64,000 nucleotides of DNA, taken from positions 66,836,001-66,900,000 of the forward strand of contig OX597820.1 of the NCBI GenBank assembly GCA_951406725.2, given 5' to 3'. This stretch comes from Octopus vulgaris. Lineage: Eukaryota. Shown piece after piece: positions 24,951-38,659 of this stretch. Positions within the stretch are counted from its first letter, which is position 1, and each line of letters opens with the position of its first letter. A model generated the notes under the pieces. It did not search any database, was not told the origin of the DNA, and was given only the letters and a program-made list of their open reading frames with translations. Both the position numbers and the translations under genes were made by a program.

Positions 24951-25559
24951 GTTTTGGGTTTCTAAGGAAGATACAAAGCTGTCCGTTTTTCTTGGAGAGA
25001 GGATTCTATAGTTTAGATTGACTCTCTGTGCATGGGTCTCTGCTTTTTGCTGTATAAATCACGAAAGACCTCAAGGATTTCTGGGATTTTTCCAATAGTC
25101 AAAACTGAGAATTTGGGATTAGCCATTTGACCCAAGATGCCTTTATCCTGCATCATCTTTGGAATAAGTGAGGCGGTTCAGTAATCCTAGCAGACACCAG
25201 TTGATTGTTAACCGAGATAGGACTTAAAAAATCTGATCTACTCAAATTCTGTTCTGTTCTTGTTTCTATAAACAGAGATAGCACTCTGCTAGTCAACCCA
25301 TGTCCCCCACTCCATCTCTCTCTCTCTCTCTCCCCTCTAAAATATAACTGCCCCCTTATCCCTTTTGGTCACCACCCACCACCCTTTATAGAAATCCTGA
25401 TATAACACTAAACATAGGAGTTATTTTATCAAAATAAGCCCTCAAAATAATCCTTGCCAGCAGGAAAAACAAAAAATGTAAAAGAAAAAGAAAAAAATGA
25501 ATATTTGGTTTGTTTTTATTGAATTATTAGAAAGTTTTAACATTTAAAAATGAAATTGC

Positions 25560-26060
25560 TTTCGTTTACCTCCACTTGTCCATCTCTCTCTCCTTCATTT
25601 TTCACCCTTATTCTCTTTCTTTCTATCCTCCATCTCTCTCTTTCTTTCTTTCCTGAACACTCCTATCTTCTCTCTGAATCTCCTCCTCCCCTCTTTTCTC
25701 TCCCCTGTATTTTCTGTCTCTTGGCTTCCTTCTTATTCTCTGTCTCTTTTCTTCTCTCTGCTGTCCTTTCCTTTTCTTTTTCTCTCTCTTTCTTACATCA
25801 TCCTCATCATCGTCTACGCCATTCTCTCTTTCTCTCCTCTCTCATATTTCAGCCTCTGCCACCAGCATCTCCCTTGCTCTCCCTCTCTTAAGTCCATCTT
25901 CCTCATCATTTCCTTCTGTCATTGTCTCACACACTTTCTTTATCTCTATCATCATCATCATCATCATCATCATCATTATTTTCATTTCTCTTTCTCTCTC
26001 CATCATCTTTCAACATCCCACCCTTGTTCCTCCACCTCCCCCTTCTTCACCACCGCCATA
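25560..26060. repeat. Pyrimidine-rich low-complexity tract
   Basis: C/T-rich sequence. Confidence 0.8.
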
Positions 26061-26501
26061 CCTCTACCACTACTACCACCGCCATAGTCACTACCATTTA
26101 ATTTCTCTCAAATTTATATTGGTTTCAATTTACCATGTGATTCTAATTCCTTATTTTTATTTTATTTCAATTTTCTTCTTCTCTATTTTATTTCAATTTC
26201 TCGTTAATTTGATTCATAATTAATCTAAAACTGATATTCAATTCATTTCATATGCAGTACCGTCCCACTTTTTCTACAATTACTTTGGTTTGATTTTTAG
26301 GTTGTTTTTTTTGTTTGCATGTGTGTGTGTGTATGTGCATGCACGTAGGGTGGATAGAGGGTAGGTGAGGGTATTTTAGTAGCTTTTTTTTTTATATATA
26401 GTTTTGTGTTAAATTTGTTGATTTTTCTATTTATTATTTTTTCCCAATGAGTTGTGTCTCTACTAATTTAGAATATTGTAAAGTAATCTGGAACCATCCT
26501 T

Positions 26502-26611
<110 letters not shown>

Positions 26612-27374
26612 AAAATGAGGGAAAGACAGAGACAGGAATTTCATGTAAGAGAAAGAAATAGAGTAAGTGAAAGGTGTGCAGTGATTTCAAGTTATTCTTG
26701 TTTAAATTAGAAAAAAATATTCATTCCGACGGGAGTGGATCAACATTTGTGGGCTATGTAGGATTAGCACGGTGTGTTTGCCTTGTCATTTTTTATAATT
26801 CCATTCACATGTAGGATGCATATTAAGGGATATAAATCGACCCAGGTACTTGACTGGTATTACATTTTATCGTGCTCCACCCCAACTTCCAAAAGGATGG
26901 AAGACAAGCAAATTAACCTCGGTGAGATTTGAACTGTGGGTCAAATGTAAATGCCATGATTTTTTTTTATTAGTATTTTTAACATTATTCTTTGTTTTTA
27001 GTGTTTTTCTGCCCCAGAACAAGAGATAACTCCTATTTCACTTATTATTGTATTGTGATATCAAAAGGCTTGAATTAGCAAGATATTTTATGTATAAAGT
27101 GGGACCTGGTTTTATTGACCTCTACAGAGTTGAATTTTGTAGGAAGCGGTACAATATGGAATCAAAGAAAACTATGGAGAATCTGTGTCCATAAAAAGGA
27201 TTAATAACATCAAAGTGATTTTGTAGGTGTAAATAAATTTAGTTGCAATGAGGAGGCAAAAATATGATGTTTCAGATTAAAGTCCATCGCTGATTCTTTT
27301 GAACATGGTTCATTGTGTCTCAAATATCAGACATGGCGAATACTGGTCCTTATGACATTTCAGACAGAGATGTG

Positions 27375-27541
27375 GGCACTGGTGTGGCTCTGTGGTAAGA
27401 AATTTGCTTCCCAACCACAAGGTTTTGGGTTCAGTCCCACTGCATGGCACCTTGGGCAAGTGTCTTCTACCATAGCTCTGGGCCAACCAAAGTCTTGTGA
27501 ATAGATTTGATTGACAGAAACTGGAAGAAGCCTATTGTGTG

Positions 27542-27609
<68 letters not shown>

Positions 27610-27900
27610 TATATTGTATATACACATATATGCACACGTGTGTGTGTATGTGAGAGAGTGTTTGTGCCTCCTCATCTTGACGTAGCATGATAGTTGTAAA
27701 CAAGTGTCACTGTCATACAAGGAGAGCTGTTTGTGTCCAATACTCTGCAAAAACATGTCTGGCCATGGGGAAATATCCACTTTGTTTGGAAACAGGTGAA
27801 GGTTGGCAACAAGAAAATATGTTGACCACAGAAAATCTCCCTAGGAATAAAAAATATATGATGATGATCATGGTGGTGGTGATGATAATGATGATGATGA
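27375..27900 (+). mobile_element. SINE family B, near full length
   Basis: A-type head and body plus central (TA)(CA), then TTGACGTAGCATGATAGTTGTAAAC...GGAAACAGGTGAAGGTTGGCAAC and a (GAT)n tail. Confidence 0.8.
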
Positions 27901-28951
27901 GGATCTTTTTAATGACCTTTTCTCTTTTAAAAAATTTTTCGTATGCCTCTTAGGAAGGGGGAGATAAACCTCAAACTATAAAACCTTGACCCAGGTGCTT
28001 GCAATAGGGTAAATTCTACTAAATGCACCTAAGATGCATATTTAGCAATTTATATTGCAGCTGATGCAGATATGATGGTTTGGTTGGTTTCTCATCCCCC
28101 CCACCACCACAACCACTACCACCACAACTACAAAATGCAAAGATGTTGCTTCTTTTCTCCCATATCTACAGATGTGTATGTTTGATATTTTATATATGTA
28201 CAAATTATGCAAATATGATGTATACGAAGAAATAAGCTGACGTAAGCAAATATCAAGTTTAATCTTGTACTCTTTTAACCTGATTTAAACTAAATGAGAT
28301 TTTATTGAATGCTATTGCAGCTACAAAATATATTTTCTATAATGCAAAGCATATATTTGTTTGTAAATATACAGATCTAAGCAGGTATATTTGTATATCG
28401 ACATACAGAGATGCAGGTATGCCTGCAGGTTAAGATGTTTGCTTTCTTATTTTGCTGCAAAGCCTGCAGTTTTGAGGGTGGGGGGCAAGTCGGTTACATT
28501 GACCTCAGTACGTCACTGGTACTTTATTTCATCAATCCCTGGAAGGATAAAAAGCAAAGTTGATCTTGGTAGATTTGTGCTCAGAACATAGAAAAGCCAA
28601 AAAAAAAATGTGATTAAGCATCTTCTGTCACCAGCAATACCACTGGACATTACCACCAAAAGCTGCTACTACTACTGCTGCTGCTACTACCATCACAACA
28701 ACACAAGAGTAAAGGCTTCTCTATGAAATCACATCCTAGCATCTTAAGGTATAGGAAAGAAGGAAAGGCACATTGGATAATGTAGTCTTAGATATACAAT
28801 GTCAGAAAATCAGGATGGTCAAGTCTAAAATGCCTTTGATAAAAAAACTGTTTGTGCAAGGCTAACTTTGAGCTTGATCAACAAGAATTTCCACTGACAA
28901 CCTCTATTACACACCACCACTGCCCAACTATTCCAACAAGAGCCTTCACAG

Positions 28952-29660
28952 CAGTGATTCTTAACCAGGGTCCTTATGATATATTTTGTTTTATTCTTTT
29001 ACTTGTTTCAGTCATTTGACTGTGGCCGTGCTGGAGCACCACCTTTAGTTGAGTAAATCGACCCCAGAACTTATTCTTTGTAAGCCTAGTGCTCATTCTA
29101 TCAATCTCTTTTGCATAAACACACCAGCATCGGTTGTCAAGCAATAGTGGGGTGACAAACACAGACACACACACAGACACACACACACACATATATATAT
29201 GTATATATATGACGGGCTTCTTTCAGTGTTTCCGTCTACCAAATCCATTAACAAGGCTTTGGTCGGCCTGAGGCTATATTAGAAGACGCTTGCCCAAGGT
29301 GCCATGCAGTGGGACTGAACCCGGAAACATGTGGTTGGTAAGCAAGCTACTTACCATACAGCCACTCCTGCACCTGTTGTTGAAATTTGTGTGCAAAATA
29401 TTTTACCAAATTTTTATACAGTTCCTGATATCTTTTTATCTTCTTACTTGTTTCAGTCATTAGACTGCGGCCATGCTGGAGCACTGCCTTGAATTTTTAG
29501 TTGAATGAATTGACCCTAGTACTTTTTTTTAAAGCCTGGTACTTATTTTATTTGTTTTTTGTTTTTTGTCAAACTGCTAAAGTTATGAGAACACAAACAC
29601 ACCAACACCAGTTGTCAAATGGTAGTGTGAACAAACACAGACATAAAGACATAGATATAT

Positions 29661-29693
<33 letters not shown>

Positions 29694-29945
29694 CACGATG
29701 GGCTTTTCCAGTTTCTGTCTAACCAATCCATTCATAATGCTTTGGTTGGCCTGAGGCTATAGTAGAACAAGGTGCGACTGAACTCCGGACCATGTGGTTG
29801 GGAAGCAAGCTTCTTACCACACAACCACACCTGTACCTATAAAAATATAAAGGGATTGTTTTACACTTCAAATGGCTATGAGGGTCCACCTGTGTAAAAT
29901 ATGAATCAAAAAGGTCCATAGCTAAGAAATGGTTGAGACCTATTG
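28952..29945. mobile_element. hAT-like MITE split by two tandem minus-strand SINE A copies (28990-29375; 29431-29838)
   Basis: Termini CAGTGATTCTTAACCAGGGTCC and GGTCCATAG..AAATGGTTGAGACC, with two SINE A reverse complements inside. Confidence 0.75.
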
Positions 29946-29949
29946 CTTT

Positions 29950-30130
29950 TACATGGTTGCTCAGCTTGCTAGAAATAGCAGTCAAATCTCTCTCTCTCCC
30001 AAATCACAGCCTACCATCTCGGTGTCTTAAAAAATGGTCACACTGGATAATTGGTTGCTCAGGGTGGCCATGGTTGGAACAACTTCGATTGTCGGTTTGC
30101 TCAGTCTCTGGACTATCTGGACTAACACCA
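29950..30130 (+). mobile_element. Repeat family G
   Basis: TTGCTAGAAATAGCAG.CAAATCTC..CAAATCACA..GGGTGGCCATGGTTGGAA. Confidence 0.65.
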
Positions 30131-31424
30131 GCCTTCACCACTATCACCATGACCATGACCACCACCATTGAAATCACACTTCGGCACCATCACCAGTACC
30201 ACTCTATACCACCACCAACACAATGATACACCACCACCACCACCACCAACCACATTACTATGCCACCACCCAGCACCCATATAAGACAGTAAATACCATT
30301 GTCTGTTCCAAGAAGCCATGTTGGTGATAGAAGTGTCACATTCCTCCATGTTCTTCTAAATCTATATAAGTGGTTCTGGGGGGATGTGGGAAGCAGGGTG
30401 GTAAGACAGGAATCATTTTTGAGTATTAGAGGGTAGGTGATAGATATGATTGGTTCACTGCTGGCGGTGGTGGTGGTGGTGGTGGTGGTGGTGGTGGCGG
30501 GGAGGGGGTATTGAGGCTGGAGGGGAGGTTTGTGGATAGATTGTTCATTTGTTTATTTCTGTCTTCACTCTCCACTCACCACCCCCATCAAAACATTCTG
30601 TTTTTAAAAAACAAAAAAAAAACACTACCCCCAACCCCCACCGCCTCATTACATTCCTCGTACCCCCACCCCCTCCAAATCAAACATATACGCTCACATA
30701 ATTTCTCACACATATGCATACACACTCACAGACACTGACATATGCACACACCCACATAGACACTCACACATATACATACACATAGACTCACACAGACCCA
30801 TTCACACACCAGACACTCCCACAACACTCACATTTATACACGCATATATATATATATCATCATATATATATATATATATATATTAAATACATACATATAT
30901 ACATACATATATATATATATATATATATTAAATACATACATATATACATACCTACATATACACTCTCTCCTATATACCCTTACACAATTAACTCTTAGAT
31001 ACACATGCATACACGCACTCACATACATATATATATAAACTTTCTCCTTTACACATCTCACACAATCAACTCCTTCACACACACACACACACCACACACA
31101 CACATTCACTCTTTCACTTTATCTCTCTCACTCTCTCTCTTCCCCTCTCCTCCCCTCTCTCTTATTCTCATCTATCTCCATCAGATTACCCCAGAAGTTC
31201 TACACTAATCAATCAGTGTACCAGAGCCACCTGTCTGCCATATTTTGGAGATGTCAACAGCTTCTTCTGTTCACACACACACACACACACACACTGTACA
31301 TCTCATCCAAACAAGCACATAAATATAAATACACACACACACATATACACACACTCTTTTTTCACACCTCTGCTCAAATGTACACAGGCACAGATAAATA
31401 GAAAATAGATAGCTAGCACTCATG

Positions 31425-31457
<33 letters not shown>

Positions 31458-31594
31458 GCAAACACAAAGCATCTCACTTTCCCCACACATAGACATATAT
31501 ATTTAGCACATACATACACTTAACACCCAGTTTTTACAAACAAATAATTCACACCACAATTTATATACGGACGTATATGTATTTAATACCAGTA

Positions 31595-31641
<47 letters not shown>

Positions 31642-31827
31642 GAAAGATTTTGAGATTACTTTTGTTAAGTTTTCTAAGAGTTGATATGATTTTCTCTGTG
31701 TGTATGTATATATGCGTGATGTATGAGTATGAATGTATATGTGTGTATATACATGTATAGAACCATGGAATTATATAGAAATCCATATCTATATAAAAGT
31801 AAATATATTTATGTGTGTGTATCGAAG

Positions 31828-31888
<61 letters not shown>

Positions 31889-31891
31889 GTC

Positions 31892-31931
<40 letters not shown>

Positions 31932-33064
31932 GTTAATCCAAACATGAAAACACAAAGAGAAAACACAACAACGCGAGGACATGGAACAAGTATAGTGTTA
32001 TATGTGTATATATATATATAGAAAGGGAGCAGTAGACCCCCTTGCTCACAGTATATGGACACAGACCATGTGTCAGTAGCCAGCTGGAAAAGATGTTTTC
32101 CTGGAGCTAAAAAATAGTAACATCATCCTATGCAGGACTGTCACGTTGCATTGGTAGACTTTACTATATATGGACAATTTCTTTTATACAGTCCCTAATA
32201 ATATTTAATTATAAAAATGTAATAGGATTTTTTAATCATTGAATGGCTTAAAAGGGTTCCATATGTAAAAGACGGCTTCAGAAAAACTTGACTAAAGCTA
32301 TCTAGTTGGTGCTCCAGCATGACTGCTATCCAGTTACTACAACACGTAAAACAGATACAAGTGTGTGTGTGTGTGTGTGTGTGTATGTGTTGTGTGCTTT
32401 AAAGATTTGAATAACCTAAGCATGTAAAGGAACCACTTTTACACACACACATACACACACACAAACATACTACAACTCATAATGTTTGTTACATTCCAAG
32501 AATTTGGTTGCATTGTCAACATGTTGGATGATAGTTCTGTATTTGTTGTCCAGAATGGTAAATAATACTCTTGCAGACTCAGTAAGGGACCAGATGGGTT
32601 GGTTTGAGGAGGTTAAGGGCAGAAGGGGTTCTGTCTGATGGTGATAGCTGTGTAGACATTTTTTAAAAATCTATTTATTGGACTTGGTGGGGACAGGAAG
32701 CTGGGATGGTTTATTTAAGGATGAGTTTGTTGTTTTGTTGCTTTCCTCTCACCCACCCACCCACACACTTCTCTTTCACACAATCTCAATTTCTTTTTAG
32801 GTTGGGAGGAGTTTGTCTGCCTGAAACAGTCATATGTATGCTTCTTTCTATCCCCAAACACTGCTCTAAGCATCACCATCATCATTACCAACATTATCAT
32901 CATCATCATCATCACATTTTTCATTGTCATTATTACTATTTCCATCATCCCCATCATTCTGTTCCCACCGCCACCATCGCCACTACTCCTATACCATTCT
33001 GTCACCATCGCTGTTACATCAATTTATTGAAAGGTGGGTGAATGTTGGAAGAATGGTCAGTGTG

Positions 33065-33353
33065 AAACTTATGGAAACAAGACATTTGTACTACAGAACC
33101 AGAGGCAGTTTCAACCGGATTGGCATAGAAAGGGTTAAGAATTGTTTCTCTATTATATATTTTAACCCTTTTGTTACCATATTTCTGTCGAGATGCTCTG
33201 TGTTTCTTTCAGTTAATTTTAAATATAACAAAGAATTTAGTAAAATAATTTGGTAATCATTAAGTCAGTGTTAGGAACATAAATTGAGACTAATGTTTGG
33301 TGGAAGATTTTAATTCAGAACTTTTGAAAACAAGACAGTTGTACTACAGAGCC
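33065..33353. mobile_element. piggyBac-type MITE dimer (partial)
   Basis: AAAGGG-TTAA-GAATTGTTTCTCTATTATATATT-TTAA-CCCTTTTGTTACCA junction, identical to the 8910-8954 junction. Confidence 0.85.
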
Positions 33354-33604
33354 CCTGTAAAAAAAATAAAAGGATAAGGGCTCTTGCCCTGTTGACCAGA
33401 CACCCTGTGGCTTTTGTGACTTTTTCTAATTATAACCTTTAAAGCACCCCCCCCCCATTGGGAGTTTTATTTTGTTTAATTGTTATTGTTTTTAATGTTT
33501 ACACGTGGAAAACCCTTTGTATTGTTTTGTTGTTGTTGTTACATGTAATTTTATGTTTATTTATATTAGCCCTTGTGACCAATAAAAAAATTAATTATCA
33601 TCAT

Positions 33605-33785
33605 TAAGGTGGCAGGCTGGCAGTACACAGAGCAAAACACTTGGCAACATTTTGTCCGTCTATATGTTGTGAGTTCAAATTCTGCCAAGGTGGACTTTGA
33701 ATTCATCCTTTCAGGGTCAATAAAATAAGTACCAGTTGAGCACTGAGGTTGATGTAATCAACTTACCCCCATTGCCCCGACATTG
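33605..33785 (+). mobile_element. SINE family C, diverged
   Basis: AAGGTGGCAGGCTGGCAG...GAGTTCAAATTC...TCATCCTTTCAGGGTCAATAAAATAAGTACCAG. Confidence 0.8.
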
Positions 33786-34224
33786 TCATCATCATCGTCA
33801 TCATCAGTACATGATATTATTCTTTGAGATAGACCCACCACTATACCCTCATGCAAGTGTTATCACAGCATCATCATACTTAACGTAGTCATCATCATCA
33901 TACTCATCATCATTGTTATCATCATCGCCTATCATCATCATCATCGTTGTTGTCATCATCATCATACTCAACGTCGTCATCATACTCATCATCATCGTCG
34001 TCGTCATCATCATCATTCTCATTGTCATCATCACTTACCATCATCGTCATCATTATCCCTACCTTTGTACACAACTTTTCTAAGGGATGAATCAATACAT
34101 AGATGTTTTTGTTGTTTTTTCCCCCTTTTTATCAGTCTCCCATATTGTCTTGTTCTCAAAAATATCCTAAGTGATTTTGTTGTTGCTTAATTAAGACAAC
34201 CTGCTTTAGCTATTCATTAATGTA

Positions 34225-34590
34225 GGGTAGCTTGCTTAACCATTGTTTCGTAACCACTTGGTTTCCGGTTCAATCTCATTGCACAGCATCTTGTTTTCTA
34301 CTATAGCTCTCGGTTGACCAATACCTTGTGAGTGAATTTAGTAGATAAAAGAAAACTATGTGGAAGCCCAGTCTATGCATTTGTGTTTGTCCCCATCTCC
34401 ATCATTGCTTTGCAACTGGTGTTGGTTTGTTTATGTTCCTTCACAACCTAGCAGTTCAACAAAAAAGATCAACAAAATAAGCTCTAGACTTTTAAAAAAA
34501 TATATATTTTGTTCATCAAAACACTTCGAGGTGGTGCTCCAGCATGGCTGCAGTTCAGTGACTGAATCAAGTAAAAGAAGATAAAAGACA
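34225..34590 (+). mobile_element. SINE family A, diverged
   Basis: TTCTACTATAGC..CCTTGTGAGTGAATTT..GGTGCTCCAGCATGGC..ACTGAATCAAGTAAAAG. Confidence 0.75.
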
Positions 34591-34725
34591 GGACCAGACA
34601 ACCTTTTGCATGTCACAATGGTACCCTTGTGATTCCATCTGGAGTTGAGGGTCCAAGCTAAAGCAATATGCACATGCACACACATTGTGCACATACTCCC
34701 ATTTACATCTTCCCCACTCCAAAGC

Positions 34726-35204
34726 TTAACCCTTTTGATACCAACCTAGCTGAAACCGCTTCTGGCTCTGTAGTACAACTGTCTTGTTTTCAAATGTCCT
34801 GAATTAAAATTTTCCACCAAACTCTCATCACAGTTCATGTTCCTAACAGTAACTTAATGATTACCAAGTTATTTTACTAAATTCTTTGTTATATTTAAAA
34901 TTAGTTGAAAGAAACACAAAGCATCTCAACAGAAATATGGTAACAAAAGGGTTAAGATATATAATAGAGAAACCTTAACCCTTTTGATATCAACCTGGCT
35001 GAAACTGCCTCTGGCTCTGTTGTACAAATGTCTTGTTTCCATAAGTTTTGAATTAAAATCTTCCACCAAACATTAGTCACAATTTATGTTCCTAACACTA
35101 GCTTAATGATAACTAAGTTATTTTACTAAATTCTTTGTTATATTTAAAATTAATTGAAAGAAACACAGAGCATCTCAACAGAAATATGGTAACGAAAGGG
35201 TTAA
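34726..35204. mobile_element. Complete piggyBac-type MITE dimer (two units of about 222 bp, four TTAA sites)
   Basis: TTAA at 34726, 34952, 34975 and 35201; each unit CCCTTTTGATA..CAAC ... TGGTAAC.AAAGGG. Confidence 0.9.
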
Positions 35205-35886
35205 TACTCGAGTTGATGAGAAAAAAAGGGAATTATTAGCTGGTTAAAACTAAACCCAATGTATTTTTGCTGGTTCATGCATCACATGGTACCAATAGTT
35301 CAAGAGGTGGCAATGGTGGTGGATGTGGTAGCCTTTGCAATGTTAATTCTTGTTGTGGTAGTGGTGGTGGTGGTGGTTGCTTCTACGATTGCTCTTGCCA
35401 TGATGGTTGCTGTTAAGGTAGTAATGATGATGGTGGTGCTGACGGTGACGCTGGTGGCGCTGTTGATGTTGGCTATTCTAGTGTTTGTAGTTGTATAGTG
35501 ATGGTTGTTATAGCATTGGTCAAAGTAGTAATGGCTCTAGTGATGATGGTTTTAGTAGTAACAGCTACATAATGATTCTCGTGGTGGTGGTTCTTATATA
35601 ATTACTGTGTAGTTGTCTATATGATCATAGTGAGTCAAAAACTATGGTGGCTGTTACAGTGTGATTTCTGTGTAGGTGGTTATACTACATTTACTACTGT
35701 AACAGATGATGATGATGATGATAATGATGGTGGATGGTATTGTAGATGTGGCGGTAGTGGCGGTGGTGAAGAAGTAGTTTAATAAAGATTAAAACAGTAA
35801 TTTACAGCAGTAATTCTAGCTTATCTCATTAACTCGGAAAATATTGTACCGTTCTTTCTTATTTCTGTTTCTGAGAAGACATTCTG

Positions 35887-35924
<38 letters not shown>

Positions 35925-36199
35925 GTTATTTATATTTTCGATAATAGTATAGTCAATTAAAACAACAACTACAACAGCAGCAGTAGTCCAATAACAATAT
36001 GAAGGATAACCACATTAGTACAATACTACCGCTACTACTACTACTACTACTACTAATAATAATAATAATAATAATAACAATAATAATAACAATAATAGTT
36101 GTGTTGATGTTGTTTTCTTTATTAATCAATAAGGGTAGTAAAAAAGTTGTAGTAGTAGTAGTAGTAGTTGTTGTTGTAGTAGTAGTAGTAATAATAATA

Positions 36200-36231
<32 letters not shown>

Positions 36232-36270
36232 TAATGGTGGTGTTGATGATTTCTTTATTAATCAATAAGG

Positions 36271-36309
<39 letters not shown>

Positions 36310-37099
36310 ATAATAAATAATAACTATAATAATAATAACAATATACACACTAACAAGAACAGCAACCAAAACAGCATTGATGCAATAATAAGAATGATAA
36401 TAATGTTATAATGTTGATGGTTATGGTGGTGGTGGTCATGGCATTGCCCATGTAATATTAAATGTAATGATGATGATGGTGATGGTGATGTTGGTGATTG
36501 GTAATAACCGGTAGAACAATAAGTGATAAATGCTAAATCTGGTGCGGAGGTGGCTCGGTAATTTCTGTTTTTGTTGTTTAAGCATGGTTTAAGCTGATGG
36601 TGTGGTTATGGTAATGATGATGATAATGATGATGATGATGATGATGATGATGATGGTTTTGGTAGTTAGTAGCGAACAGTTATATAGTAAAATAACAGTC
36701 GAAATAAATTAAATATAAAAATTTAAAAAAAATTAAAAAAAAGAAGAAAAAAAACAGAAAAGAAAAAGAAATAAAGACAACAGTTGAAATTAATAGTTGT
36801 GCATCGTCTTTGTTGTCGTTGGTCGTCGTAGTCATCATCGTTAGCATTCTCCCTCGTTGGACCATCCGTCCCACCTTGCCCCCACCCTACCCCCACCCTT
36901 TGCTCAACTGCCCCACCCCCCTCACGATAAAACTATAGCTCTGATTCACACTTAAAATAATCGTTGATTTCTACACTCCCACTCTCTTCACACTCACGTT
37001 CTCTCTTTTTTCCCCATAAGCCACCCACGACTCCCACCACTGGTCTACATTCATATATTCTATCTCCTTTCTCTTAATATTCTTCATAATTGTTATTGC

Positions 37100-37136
<37 letters not shown>

Positions 37137-38056
37137 AGAAACCATCATGATCATCATCATTATAATCATCTTCATTATTTTTGTTGTTGTTGTTGTTTAG
37201 TTTTCTTTCTGTCTTTGCTTCTTTCATCATCTTCATCTTTTCCACCTTCATCATTAGTTTTTTAAATTTTTTCTTCAGTCTTTTTATTCTTTTCGTCTTT
37301 CCTCCCACCACCACCACCACCAACAATAAAAACAACAACACTGCCACCTCCACTTCATCCTTCTTTCCATCCATCCATCCCTCCTTCCTTCCTTCCTTCC
37401 GTCCTCGCTTTCTTGCTCTTTCTGCAATCTTCTTATCTTCGTCTTCCATCTAACCAATCTCTAAGAAAACTCCAACAGATATTAGACCAACCACAACAAC
37501 AACAACAACAACACCAATACAAAACAACAACAACAACCATACTATTTTTCAAAATTTTACATTTTGTTCTACAAAATATATGTGTGTGTGTATGTGTCTG
37601 TACATATATATATATATATATATACATATTTAAATTTCATTTATTCCAACTTAATTAAACAATAATGAATTATTTAGACAGTTATGCAAATAACTATTTA
37701 TCGAATTTGCATGAAAATATTCTTCATTTGCAGAATCTACTCATTTGTTTAGCACAACACTTCAATGCATAAATTGTTTTGCTTCTTTAAGCATTGCACC
37801 AATATCTTGATCGGAAGCAAAATGTAAAAGTAAGGAAGATTTAAGAGAATACGTCTATATAAACAATTACATCATGATAAAGTCATGCATGGTAGCCATT
37901 TATAATGCATATGTGTATGTTTTCCGTTGGTTTTTTTTCCCCCCTTCTTCGTATATACCATATTTCCTTCCCCGTTTCCCTTCTCTTCACACATACCAGT
38001 CTTGGAAAGCTTGTTAGCAACATAGGCACTGCTCTTCCATTTTTTAAAATAAACCT

Positions 38057-38435
38057 TAGGAGTGGCTGTGTGGTAAGTAGCTTGCTTACCAACCACATGG
38101 TTCTGGATTCAGTCCCACTTGCATGGCACCTTGGGCAAGTGTTTTCCACTATAGCCTCAGGCTGACCAAAGCCTTGTGAGTGGATTTGTTAGATGGAAAC
38201 TGAAAGAAGCCTGTTGTATATATGTATGTGTGTGTGTGTTTGTGTGTATCCCCACCACCATCACTTGACAACTGATGCTGGTGTGTTTACATCCCCATAA
38301 CTTAGCAGTTCAGCAAAAGAGTCCAATAGAATAAGTACCAGGCTTACAAAGAATAAGTCCTGGGGTCAACTTGTTCGACTAAAGGCAGTGCTCCAGCATG
38401 GCCACAGTCAACTGCCTGAAACAAATAAAAGAATA
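38057..38435 (+). mobile_element. SINE family A, full length
   Basis: AGGAGTGGCTGTGTGGTAAGTAGC through GAAACAAATAAAAG. Confidence 0.9.
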
Positions 38436-38439
38436 AACT

Positions 38440-38615
38440 GGTTACAATACACAGAATATTTTAGCAACTTTTTTTTTAAATACAATTCTTAATGATATTT
38501 AAATCATATAAGTACAAATAGGATGTTTTAAAACATGGTAGGGTCATGAGGGTCCACCCGAGTAAAATAACAATCAGAGTGGTCCGTAGGTTAAAAAAAT
38601 GGTTGAGAACCACTG
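38440..38615. mobile_element. hAT-like MITE, one end
   Basis: GGTCCGTAGG..AAAATGGTTGAGAACCACTG is the reverse complement of the 9257 terminus. Confidence 0.7.
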
Positions 38616-38659
38616 ATCTGAACTAAGAGAGGCAACACTCCGGCTGGCCTGTAGTTCCA

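Noticed and set aside
25013-25156. 47-codon minus-strand ORF MMQDKGILGQMANPKF...
   Set aside because: Short, no recognisable homology and no convincing splice sites.
31930-32000. Short complex segment within (TA)n, reminiscent of a Penelope-like terminal fragment
   Set aside because: Only about 70 bp, single copy in the window, with no diagnostic motif; it cannot be supported from the sequence alone.
34168-34200. AGTGATTTTGTTGTT resembling the miR-7 3' half
   Set aside because: The seed (GGAAGAC) is absent and the match is low-complexity.
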